A stretch of 64,000 bases of DNA from an uncultured Gammaproteobacteria bacterium (lineage in GTDB: Bacteria; Patescibacteriota; Microgenomatia; Levybacterales; UBA12049), in the NCBI GenBank assembly GCA_964490105.1, contig CAZAZU010000001.1, positions 646,245 to 710,244 on the forward strand, given 5' to 3'. Shown piece by piece: positions 35,665-44,062 of this stretch (position 1 is its first letter; each line of letters starts with the position of its first letter). A program made the translations under genes and the position numbers. The notes beneath the pieces are model-generated. The model made no database searches and was not told where the DNA came from. It saw only the letters and a program-made list of their open reading frames with translations.

Positions 35665-36726
35665 CTAATGTGGCAGAAATTGCGAGACGTTCTGCGAATT
35701 CAAAGTTATTATAGCATTTTTTCCAACTTTACCCTCAACTATTAATCTTGCGACTTTTCTGCAAATTCCTTCAATTGTTCGCTCTAAAGTTCTTATTCCA
35801 GAATCATATCCCAGCGGTCTAACGATTGTTGGCCAGACATCATCCGCAATTTTTAATAGATTTGGCGGAAGTCCCGACTGCTGAGAAATTTTTGGAAAAA
35901 GATAATTCTTGCCAATCATAAATTTTTCCTCATCAGAATATGAAGGCATCTGAACTAATTCCAAACGGTCAAGTACAGCCGTAGCAATATTTGTAGTGTT
36001 ATTTACAGTAGCAACAAATAAAACTTCGGATAAATCTACTGGGTAATCTACATAGTGATCAGTGAATGCTTGATTTTGCTCTGGATCAAGTAGCTCGACT
36101 AAAGCTCCCATAATATCAGCCCTGGCTGCCTCCGTTACGCGGTCAAGCTCATCAAGAAGAATTACACTGTTTTTAGATTTTGCATGCATTAATTTTTTTA
36201 TTATTTGTCCGGGTTCTGCATCAGGAAAAAGTCTGGATTGCCCTCTCAAGTCCCTAACGTCTCCCATTCCACCAAGAGGAATTCTTTCGAAATTTCTCCC
36301 CATACTTTGCGCAATTGATGAAGCAAGTGTAGTTTTTCCAGTTCCAACAAGACCCACCAAACAAAGAATTGGAGCACGATTCGCTTTCTGACCACTTTTA
36401 AGATTGAGAATAAGGGAGGCTAAATATTCAAGAATTGTATCTTTTACCCCAGCTAAACCATAATGATTCTTATCTAATATCTGTTTTGCAAAGCCTAAAT
36501 CTAAGTTATCTTTTGTTTCAGCTGCAAATGGAATCTGAGAAATAACATTTAAATAATTAGAAACACTTTCCAGGTTAGAATAATTTCCAGCTTGTTTTAG
36601 TGAAATTTTTAAAATGTCTATCATTCCGCGGGCTTTTTCTAAAAGCTCAGGCGGTAAATTAGCAGACATAATCTTTTTCTCTAAAATTTGAAGTTGGGCA
36701 TCGTAACCCTGGGCAGAGTTATCCAT
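35665..36726 (-). CDS. Lon-like AAA+ ATPase lacking a C-terminal protease domain
   Basis: 353 aa. GLVGTGKTTLASSIAQSMGRNFERIPLGGMGDVRDLRGQSRLF closely parallels the Lon AAA+ module (GPPGVGKTSLG...SLGGV.DEAEIRGHRRTY). Walker B ILLDELDR. The protein ends after the alpha-helical lid. Confidence 0.65.
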   Translation of the reverse strand: MDNSAQGYDAQLQILEKKIMSANLPPELLEKARGMIDILKISLKQAGNYSNLESVSNYLNVISQIPFAAETKDNLDLGFAKQILDKNHYGLAGVKDTILEYLASLILNLKSGQKANRAPILCLVGLVGTGKTTLASSIAQSMGRNFERIPLGGMGDVRDLRGQSRLFPDAEPGQIIKKLMHAKSKNSVILLDELDRVTEAARADIMGALVELLDPEQNQAFTDHYVDYPVDLSEVLFVATVNNTTNIATAVLDRLELVQMPSYSDEEKFMIGKNYLFPKISQQSGLPPNLLKIADDVWPTIVRPLGYDSGIRTLERTIEGICRKVARLIVEGKVGKNAIITLNSQNVSQFLPH

Positions 36727-36738
36727 ATATATATCTTA

Positions 36739-37407
36739 TCAGTTTTGAAATTTATTTCTAATTTCTTTTTTCGATTTTTGCCATACCTGATGCTGCTTGA
36801 TAATTCCGAGAAGACCTAAATGGTGCGAATGAGTTACTCTAAACCTAGGATCATTAATTATTTCATATCCTTTACGTTTAAAATACATCGACCATTCGAG
36901 ATCTTCTGAGACTATCAAGCTTTCATCAAATTTATGCTTCATCCACAAATCACGCCTAATAATTGAATTTGTATTTCCTAAATCTCCACCCTTTTTATAC
37001 TTATTAAAAGAACCGATTATCTTCTCAGCAAATGTAGATTCTTTTCCAGGCATAGGAAATGCAAAAACCCCAGCCACTTTATCGCTCTTAAAATTACTTA
37101 ATCCATCCGAAAGCCAAGTTTTAGATACTGGAAACGAGTGCGCAGATAAATAAATAAGATATTTGCCTTTTGCTTTCTCCGCTCCTAAATTACATGCTTT
37201 TGAATAAGAAAATTTTTTAATCATTACAATCTGAACACGATCTTTTTGAAAAAAATTAAAAGCTACCTTATCTGAACTGTCAGTTGAATTATTATTTACA
37301 ATAACTATCTCAAAATCCTGATTTGTTTGACTTCTAAGAATTTTAAAAAGTTTTTGGAGATTTTCTTTCTCGTTTTTAACTCTAACAATTACTGATGTTT
37401 CCATCAA
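36739..37407 (-). CDS. Family 2 glycosyltransferase
   Basis: 222 aa. IVIVNNNSTDSSDKVA GT-A N-terminus. DxD-like SED. Confidence 0.65.
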   Translation of the reverse strand: MMETSVIVRVKNEKENLQKLFKILRSQTNQDFEIVIVNNNSTDSSDKVAFNFFQKDRVQIVMIKKFSYSKACNLGAEKAKGKYLIYLSAHSFPVSKTWLSDGLSNFKSDKVAGVFAFPMPGKESTFAEKIIGSFNKYKKGGDLGNTNSIIRRDLWMKHKFDESLIVSEDLEWSMYFKRKGYEIINDPRFRVTHSHHLGLLGIIKQHQVWQKSKKEIRNKFQN

Positions 37408-37409
37408 GT

Positions 37410-39875
37410 TTAATAGTGGGTTTTTTTGTAAGGTCTTCTTGCTCCGCCAGTTCTTGGATTATTTTTTCTAAAATTCTCTTCTCTTTCGCGTCGGAACTGC
37501 ATTGCTAATGGATGAGCTGCTGGTCCTGCGTTTGGATCATCATGACGTGGTCCTTTTAAAGGTGCTGCTGGTTCAAAATTTGTTGGTCTATCATTTCTTG
37601 GTGCGAAATCATTTCTAGGTGCAAAATCACTACGCGGTGAAAAATCTCTCCTTGGTCCTCGGTCATTTCTAGGCCCACCCCTAAATCCACCGCCATCTCT
37701 TCTTGGTCCTCGGTCTTCAAATCCGTCGCGTCCGCCTCTATCTCCTCCGCCGCTTGATGGTTTATCAGCATCTGCTCCGAATTTCATAGAAAGATTAATT
37801 CTTCCTTGTTCATCGATTTCCATTACTCTAACTTTTACTTTGTCTCCGATATTTACGACATCAGATGGATTCTTAACATATTCTGCTGCCATCTGACTAA
37901 CGTGAACCATTCCTTCTTTTCCTGGTAAGAATTCTACAAAAGCTCCAAATGGAAGCATTCTCTTAACTTCAGAATTTTCGAAAACTTCACCAACCGTAAC
38001 TTCTCTCATCATGTTTTTTATCCAATCAGTTCCAGCTTTAACAGCATCCGCGTCAACACCTGAAATCGTTACTGTTCCATCATCTTCTACGTCCACTTGT
38101 GCGCCAGTTGTAGCAATTATGTGTTTTATATTCTTTCCACCAGGACCAATTAATTCACCGATCTTATCAACTGGAATCTTAACTGTTTCAATTTTTGGAG
38201 CGAATTCTGAAAGATTCTTTCTAGGTTCTGGAAGAACAGACTCGATAACTTTAAGTATTTCAAGTCTTGCAGTCTTTGCTCTATCTAAGATAGATTTAAT
38301 TTGTTCATCAGTTAATCCCGGGATTTTAACATCAAGCTGAATTGCTGTAACCCCAGAGTCAGTTCCTGCTACTTTAAAATCCATATCTCCGGAAAAATCT
38401 TCAAGACCAATGATATCTGTAAGTAGTTCATACTTGTCTCCATCTGACATCATTCCGATTGAAATTCCAGCAACTGGTTTTTTAATTGGGACTCCTGCAT
38501 CCATAAGAGCTAGAGTTGATCCGCAAGTTGAGGCCATTGAACTTGATCCATTTTGCGATAGAACTTCAGACACTACTTGAATTGTGTATGGAAATTCTGC
38601 CTGAGATGGAATAACAGCTTCAAGTGCTCTTTCAGCGAGTGCTCCATGACCAATTTCACGTCTACTTGGTGTCCCAACGCGTCCTGTCTGACCAAATGAA
38701 TATGGAAGACCTGAATAATGATGAATGTATCTTTTTTCTTCTTCCCCTTCTGCTGATTCAATTAATTGACCCATTCTAGGAGAACCTAGCGTAGCGATTG
38801 AAAGGGCTTGAGTTATACCTCTTTGGAAAAGCGCTGATCCATGAGTTCTTGGGAGAAGTCCAACTTTTGCCTGAAGCTGTCTAATTTCATCCATTTTTCT
38901 TCCGTCTGCTCTTTTTCCTTTAGTTAATACATTTGATCTTATTAACTTAAACATTACTTTTTCTACGGCTGCGGCTATAGTTTTCTTGTCAATTTCAGAT
39001 GCGCTGTCTTTGACCTTCATATCTTCAAAAATCTTATCTATTAACGCTCCTGTTTCATTTCCTCCGCCTTCTTTATTTACTCTTGTATCAATAAGCGCTT
39101 GAACATCTTCTTTGTAAGATTTATCAATTAGAGCAACTACATCATTAAGATCTCCTTCAGATGGGGTTTCCAGTTTATCTTGTCCGGCCTTCTTAACTAA
39201 CTCCTCTATTCCTTTAATAACAGCTTGTGTTTCTGCATGCGCTTTTTCAATTGCCTCAAAAAGTGTATCTTCTGGAATCTGATTAGCTCCAGCCTCAATC
39301 ATTACAGTCTTATCTTTTGATTGGGAGACTACCAAGTCTAAATCTGAGAATTGCTGCTCAGCACCTGGATTAATAATGCATGCAGAGGATCCACCCTCTA
39401 TGTTTTCCTTAACGCATCCTATCCTTACGGCTCCGATAGGTCCATTCCATGGAATTCTAGAAATTGCTAATGCAGCTGATACTGCATTTAAAGCTACTAT
39501 ATCAGCATCATTTTCTCCATCTACTGAGAGCACGGTTACGATTACTTGAACTTCATTCTTAAATGCTTTTGGGAAAAGAGGTCTAACTGATCGATCAATA
39601 AGACGTCCTGCGAGAATTGATTCGTCGCTTGGTCTTCCTCCTCTTTTTACCCAACGTGATCCTTTAATTTTTCCTCCGGCGTAAAGACGCTCTTGGTATT
39701 CAATTGAAAGTGGGAAATAATCTAAATCAGTTTTTCCGCCTTCAACAACTGTTACTAAAACAACTGTATCTCCAAGGCGGGCTAAGATTGATGATGTTGA
39801 TTGTACAGCAAGTTCACCTGTTTCAAAGGTTAGCTTTTTTCCTGCTAGTTCTATCTCTACTGAGGCGTTTTTCAT
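37410..39875 (-). CDS. pnp: Polyribonucleotide nucleotidyltransferase (PNPase) with an ~125-aa Arg/Gly/Asp-rich repetitive C-terminal extension
   Basis: 821 aa. Two RNase PH domains, KH and S1, then GGGDRGGRDGFEDRGPRRDGGGFRGGPRNDRGPRRDFSPRSDFAPRNDFAPRNDRP. Confidence 0.95.
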   Translation of the reverse strand: MKNASVEIELAGKKLTFETGELAVQSTSSILARLGDTVVLVTVVEGGKTDLDYFPLSIEYQERLYAGGKIKGSRWVKRGGRPSDESILAGRLIDRSVRPLFPKAFKNEVQVIVTVLSVDGENDADIVALNAVSAALAISRIPWNGPIGAVRIGCVKENIEGGSSACIINPGAEQQFSDLDLVVSQSKDKTVMIEAGANQIPEDTLFEAIEKAHAETQAVIKGIEELVKKAGQDKLETPSEGDLNDVVALIDKSYKEDVQALIDTRVNKEGGGNETGALIDKIFEDMKVKDSASEIDKKTIAAAVEKVMFKLIRSNVLTKGKRADGRKMDEIRQLQAKVGLLPRTHGSALFQRGITQALSIATLGSPRMGQLIESAEGEEEKRYIHHYSGLPYSFGQTGRVGTPSRREIGHGALAERALEAVIPSQAEFPYTIQVVSEVLSQNGSSSMASTCGSTLALMDAGVPIKKPVAGISIGMMSDGDKYELLTDIIGLEDFSGDMDFKVAGTDSGVTAIQLDVKIPGLTDEQIKSILDRAKTARLEILKVIESVLPEPRKNLSEFAPKIETVKIPVDKIGELIGPGGKNIKHIIATTGAQVDVEDDGTVTISGVDADAVKAGTDWIKNMMREVTVGEVFENSEVKRMLPFGAFVEFLPGKEGMVHVSQMAAEYVKNPSDVVNIGDKVKVRVMEIDEQGRINLSMKFGADADKPSSGGGDRGGRDGFEDRGPRRDGGGFRGGPRNDRGPRRDFSPRSDFAPRNDFAPRNDRPTNFEPAAPLKGPRHDDPNAGPAAHPLAMQFRREREENFRKNNPRTGGARRPYKKTHY

Positions 39876-39944
39876 TTATTTTTTATTTCTTTCTCCCACA
39901 CACTACTAAATCGAGGAATATGAATGTATTCTATATGTTTCTAC

Positions 39945-40214
39945 TTAATCTTTCAATCCTACTTTTTTAGCGATGTCTGCTGACCTAACTTTATCAACTT
40001 TTGTTAAGAAATTAATAAGTCTTCTTCTCTTTGCGATCATTGATAAAAGTCCACGTCTTGAATGTACATCATGATTATGAGCTTTTAAATGTTCTGTTAA
40101 TTTTTCAATTCTAGTCGTAAGAAGTGCAATTTGAACTTCAGGACTTCCTGTGTCACCTTTTACTGTTGCGAATTTATTTATAATTTCTTGTTTCTGTGTT
40201 GTACTTAGCGGCAT
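39945..40214 (-). CDS. rpsO: 30S ribosomal protein S15
   Basis: 89 aa. LTEHLKAHNHDVHSRRGLLSMIAKRRRLINFL. Confidence 0.95.
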   Translation of the reverse strand: MPLSTTQKQEIINKFATVKGDTGSPEVQIALLTTRIEKLTEHLKAHNHDVHSRRGLLSMIAKRRRLINFLTKVDKVRSADIAKKVGLKD

Positions 40215-40245
40215 ATAGAGAGGTATTATATCAAAGATTAACTAT

Positions 40246-41262
40246 TTACTCAACATTAGTAGAGCCTTTGTAAATTTTAGGGGCTAACCAATCAGGCGGT
40301 GCATCATCTTTTTTCTGTTCATTTGGAAATTCATTTTGTGAAGAAGTGTTATCAAATTGTGTTTGAACCGTTCTTGCAGCATTAGATCTACTCTGTCTTT
40401 GTGAAACAACACTTTGAAGAGATGGATTCGGCATCACATCTTCTACAAAATTATTTGCTTGCTGTGCTGGCGCAGATTGTACAGGAGGGATTGATGGCAT
40501 AGGTGCTACTGGTCTTCTGATTTGTCTTGGCAAAGGATTTACTCCTTCTCTGACTGCTCCGCTTCTAAGAAGTATTCCAGCCATTTCAAATGCTAGAGAA
40601 CTTGTCATTGAACTTTGGAAATCCGAAGTTGCATATACAATTCCGCTAAGTAAGTTTTGTGCAACATCAGGATCAATTGGGTATGCGAGAGAAAGCATTA
40701 CATTTGCAACTTGCTCAGAAACACTTGATGCAGATTGACCAATCATAACTATGTCTCCAAAACCTTCATTTGCCCCAGCTTTATCAATATTAATAATTGT
40801 TGTATCTTTAAGAGCCTCTATGTTAAAAATAGAAGATAATTCTGAAAGTCTTTTAACTCCAACTGCGATAAGTACTCGTGGTGCTTCTCCGCTTCTTCTA
40901 AATAGAACGTCTTTTTCACCAAATGAAAGTGCATTTTCTTTAGGTTTTACGATAATATTTAAAAATCCAGCTTCAAGAGTATAAGAAACTTTTCCAATTT
41001 CATCTCCCTGATATGGGAAAGAAACGACTAAGTCTCCATTTTTTGATTCATATCCGGATTTGACTCTATCTATTCCTACGAGGCTAGAAACCTCAACAAG
41101 CGGCTGTTTTGACGAAATAACTGAAGCGTCTTTTCCAAGCGAAGAAAGAGTTAGGTAAAGCGCAAGAGAAGCTCCCATTTCATCAATTGTGTAGTCTTGA
41201 CCAACAACAATCGCAAAACTGCTTTCTCTGTCAAAAATTTCTCTTAGTCTTTGAATATCCAT
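40246..41262 (-). CDS. DHH-family-like (NrnA-like) protein with apparently degenerate catalytic motifs and Pro/Gln-rich C-terminal tail
   Basis: 338 aa. Positioned where nrnA usually follows infB/rbfA. DHH motif replaced (IVMIGQSASS). N-terminal Asp/His motif degenerate (GQDYTIDEMGASLAL). Confidence 0.45.
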   Translation of the reverse strand: MDIQRLREIFDRESSFAIVVGQDYTIDEMGASLALYLTLSSLGKDASVISSKQPLVEVSSLVGIDRVKSGYESKNGDLVVSFPYQGDEIGKVSYTLEAGFLNIIVKPKENALSFGEKDVLFRRSGEAPRVLIAVGVKRLSELSSIFNIEALKDTTIINIDKAGANEGFGDIVMIGQSASSVSEQVANVMLSLAYPIDPDVAQNLLSGIVYATSDFQSSMTSSLAFEMAGILLRSGAVREGVNPLPRQIRRPVAPMPSIPPVQSAPAQQANNFVEDVMPNPSLQSVVSQRQSRSNAARTVQTQFDNTSSQNEFPNEQKKDDAPPDWLAPKIYKGSTNVE

Positions 41263-41301
41263 GTTTATAAAAATAAGCCAAATAGAGTGCTATAGGCTTA
41301 A

Positions 41302-42732
41302 TTAGCTATGGCATATTACCATATCGCCTATAGTAAAGTCAAGAGCAGGGCCAACGATTATACCTGCTTCCAGGCCTGCTTCGACTTTGGAGGTTTGTTC
41401 TTTGCCTTGTCTTACCGAATTGATATATCCCTCTCCAATTACCTCGTCTCCTCGTTCAATTCTGACCTTATCTCCCTTAGCCACACGCCCTTCCAGAACC
41501 TTAATACCCATAACAATCTGCTTCTCGAATGGGAAACTCGCTAAAATCTTTGCGGTCCCATAAACTTCTTCAAGTAGAGAAAGTGCTTTCCCCTCAACTA
41601 CGTCATTAATCTCATCGAGCATTTCATAAATAATGCCGTAACTCTTTACCAAAACCTTTTCAGTTGAGGCTAAACGTGCCACATCAGGTTTAATTTTTAT
41701 GTTAAAACCAAGCACTAATGCTCCAATTGATTTTGCCAGCAACACGTCAGCTGTAGTTATATCTCCGGTTTTTTTAGAAATAATATTCATCTTCTCAGGA
41801 AGCGAGGCTACAATTGCCTCAAGAGAACCCAATGTATCAGCGACTAAAATTAACGAAATATAATCATCATTATTCTTTTTTCTTATTTCCTTTTCTGATT
41901 CTTCAAGTTGTTTTATCTCTGAACCTTTATAGATAACATTTCCTACACTAGGAGCTTTTTCAAAACCTAAAATCTCAACGGCGTCTCCAACTTTTGCAGA
42001 CCCAACAGTCTTTCCAGAGTCCAAAATCAAACTCCTTACTCTTCCGCTCACTTCACCGGTTGTAATATCGTCTCTGACAGAAATAGTGCCATTTTTAATT
42101 ACCACTGTCGCCTTTGGCCCAGCCTTAGGATCTTGCTTGGACTCAATAACGATTGCCTTTAGGGGTCCTGTTTCAGAAATTTCTGCGGGTTTTGGATGCA
42201 AATCATTAACTAATAAAATTAAATCTAATAACTCTTTAATATTAGCACCAGTTTTTGAGGATACCTCAATAATAGGCACGTCTCCGCCTAGTCCTTCGAA
42301 AAGAATCTCCTCATTCATAAGATCTCTTTTTGCCTTTTCCGGATTTTTCTGAGGATCGTCAGACTTAGTAAGTACTACTATATATGGGACTCCTGAAGCT
42401 TTTAGAAGACCAATACTCTCCTTAGTCTGCGGCATAACTCCATCAACTGAAGAAACTATTAATAAACCGATGTCAGCAGCCTGAGCCCCACGACCTCGCA
42501 TTTTCGCAAATGCTTCATGCCCTGGTGTGTCTATAAAGGTAATCCATCTTTTTTTACCTTCGTGCTCAATTTCTACGCTTGAAGCTCCAATTTTTTGAGT
42601 GATTCCGCCGTGTTCACGAGCGGCAATAGAAGTTTTCCTGATTGTATCTAGAAGTGTGGTTTTACCATGATCAACATGACCTAAAACAGCTACGACTGGA
42701 GGATATTCTTGATTAGTTTTCTTAGTGTCCAT
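41302..42732 (-). CDS. infB: Translation initiation factor IF-2 (short form, G domain onward)
   Basis: 476 aa. G1 VLGHVDHGKTTLLD, DTPGHEAF, TKSD. C-terminal beta-barrel domains. Confidence 0.9.
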   Translation of the reverse strand: MDTKKTNQEYPPVVAVLGHVDHGKTTLLDTIRKTSIAAREHGGITQKIGASSVEIEHEGKKRWITFIDTPGHEAFAKMRGRGAQAADIGLLIVSSVDGVMPQTKESIGLLKASGVPYIVVLTKSDDPQKNPEKAKRDLMNEEILFEGLGGDVPIIEVSSKTGANIKELLDLILLVNDLHPKPAEISETGPLKAIVIESKQDPKAGPKATVVIKNGTISVRDDITTGEVSGRVRSLILDSGKTVGSAKVGDAVEILGFEKAPSVGNVIYKGSEIKQLEESEKEIRKKNNDDYISLILVADTLGSLEAIVASLPEKMNIISKKTGDITTADVLLAKSIGALVLGFNIKIKPDVARLASTEKVLVKSYGIIYEMLDEINDVVEGKALSLLEEVYGTAKILASFPFEKQIVMGIKVLEGRVAKGDKVRIERGDEVIGEGYINSVRQGKEQTSKVEAGLEAGIIVGPALDFTIGDMVICHS

Positions 42733-42765
42733 ATTTTTTTCTGAAGAAAATTAAAGCTTCCCATA

Positions 42766-44022
42766 TTAAGAACTTTTTGTTGAATTTTCTTCTTTAGCGT
42801 CCGTTGCTGGATTTTCTGGTGATAAAGGTTCAACTTGCGATTCTTCTTCTTTCAATTCAACTGGAGCTTGGGAATCTGTTTTTGCTTCTTCCAGATCATT
42901 TGTTACTTCTGCTACTGCTTCCTCAGCCTCTTCTTTTGCTTCAACTTCAACTTTTTCTTCAGATTTAGCCTCAGCCTCTTCAACAACAGCCTCTTTTTTT
43001 GATACCTCTTCAATCTTTTCCTCAACTGGTGCTTCTGCTTTTTCCTCGACTTCTTTTTCTTCAGTTATCAGCGACTCTTCTCCTTCAATTTCGATTCTAT
43101 ATCCTGTTAATTTTGAAGCTAATCTTACATTTTGGCCATCTTTTCCAATCGCTAATGAAAGCTCATCCTGCGGAACCTTTACCTTTGCTGTTTTTTCTTT
43201 TTCATCAATCTCAACTGTAATATTTTTTGCTGGACTAAGAGCCTGAACCACATAATCACGTGCGTTTTCTTGCCACTGTATAATATCGATTTTCTCTAAG
43301 CCATTAAACTCTGCGATTATAGCCTGAACCCTAACCCCTTTTTGACCCACACAGCTTCCAACTGGATCAATTCCAGCTTGAGATGAATAAACCGCAATTT
43401 TTGCTCTATTTCCAGGCTCTCTTTCAATAGCTTTAATCTCAACAGCACCTTGCGCTACTTCTGGAACTTCGCGCTTAAGAAGTCCCTCAAGTAAACCATT
43501 ATCTGCGCGAGAAACTACCACTTCTTCACCTTTTGGTCCTTCATGGATTTCTTTTAAGAAAACCGCCATTCTCTGGTTTAAGTGGTATTTTTCGTTGGCT
43601 ATTTGCTCCTGCGGAGGCATAACTCCTTCAGCTTTTCCTACATCGATTATGATATTTGGACCTGCAAATCTAAGGACCATACCATTAACTATGGTTCCAA
43701 TTCTGACTTTATAATCAGTAATTATTGCTTCTTTTTCTTTTTCTCTGATCTTTTGTAAGATTACTTGCTTAGCGGTCTGAGCTGCAATTCTTCCAAACCC
43801 AGGAGGAGTTACATCTAATTTCTCGTGGAAAATCTTAGCTTCTCCGGAATTTGGGTCAAGTGTCGCTGAATATTCCTCAACGACAATATCAGGATGATCT
43901 TTTCTGTAAGCCGCGAGAATAGCGTTTTGGACTGTATCCAAAACAATTTCGGGGTCAATTCCCCTTTCATTTGCTACCTGATTTAGCGCTAATGCAAATT
44001 CGCTTCTTTGTACTGCTGGCAT
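42766..44022 (-). CDS. nusA: Transcription termination/antitermination factor NusA with acidic C-terminal tail
   Basis: 418 aa. NusA N-terminal domain, S1, two KH (GKDGQNVRLASKLTGYRIEI). Glu-rich tail. Confidence 0.9.
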   Translation of the reverse strand: MPAVQRSEFALALNQVANERGIDPEIVLDTVQNAILAAYRKDHPDIVVEEYSATLDPNSGEAKIFHEKLDVTPPGFGRIAAQTAKQVILQKIREKEKEAIITDYKVRIGTIVNGMVLRFAGPNIIIDVGKAEGVMPPQEQIANEKYHLNQRMAVFLKEIHEGPKGEEVVVSRADNGLLEGLLKREVPEVAQGAVEIKAIEREPGNRAKIAVYSSQAGIDPVGSCVGQKGVRVQAIIAEFNGLEKIDIIQWQENARDYVVQALSPAKNITVEIDEKEKTAKVKVPQDELSLAIGKDGQNVRLASKLTGYRIEIEGEESLITEEKEVEEKAEAPVEEKIEEVSKKEAVVEEAEAKSEEKVEVEAKEEAEEAVAEVTNDLEEAKTDSQAPVELKEEESQVEPLSPENPATDAKEENSTKSS

Positions 44023-44062
44023 AGTGTGACAAGTATAGCAGATCTCGAGGCTAGCTTCAAGG

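Noticed and set aside
37556-38761. ORFs 37556..37771 (-), 38011..38340 (+), 38573..38761 (-) inside pnp
   Set aside because: Alternative-frame or antisense ORFs within PNPase. The first merely reflects the DNA repeats encoding the RGG/RD tail.
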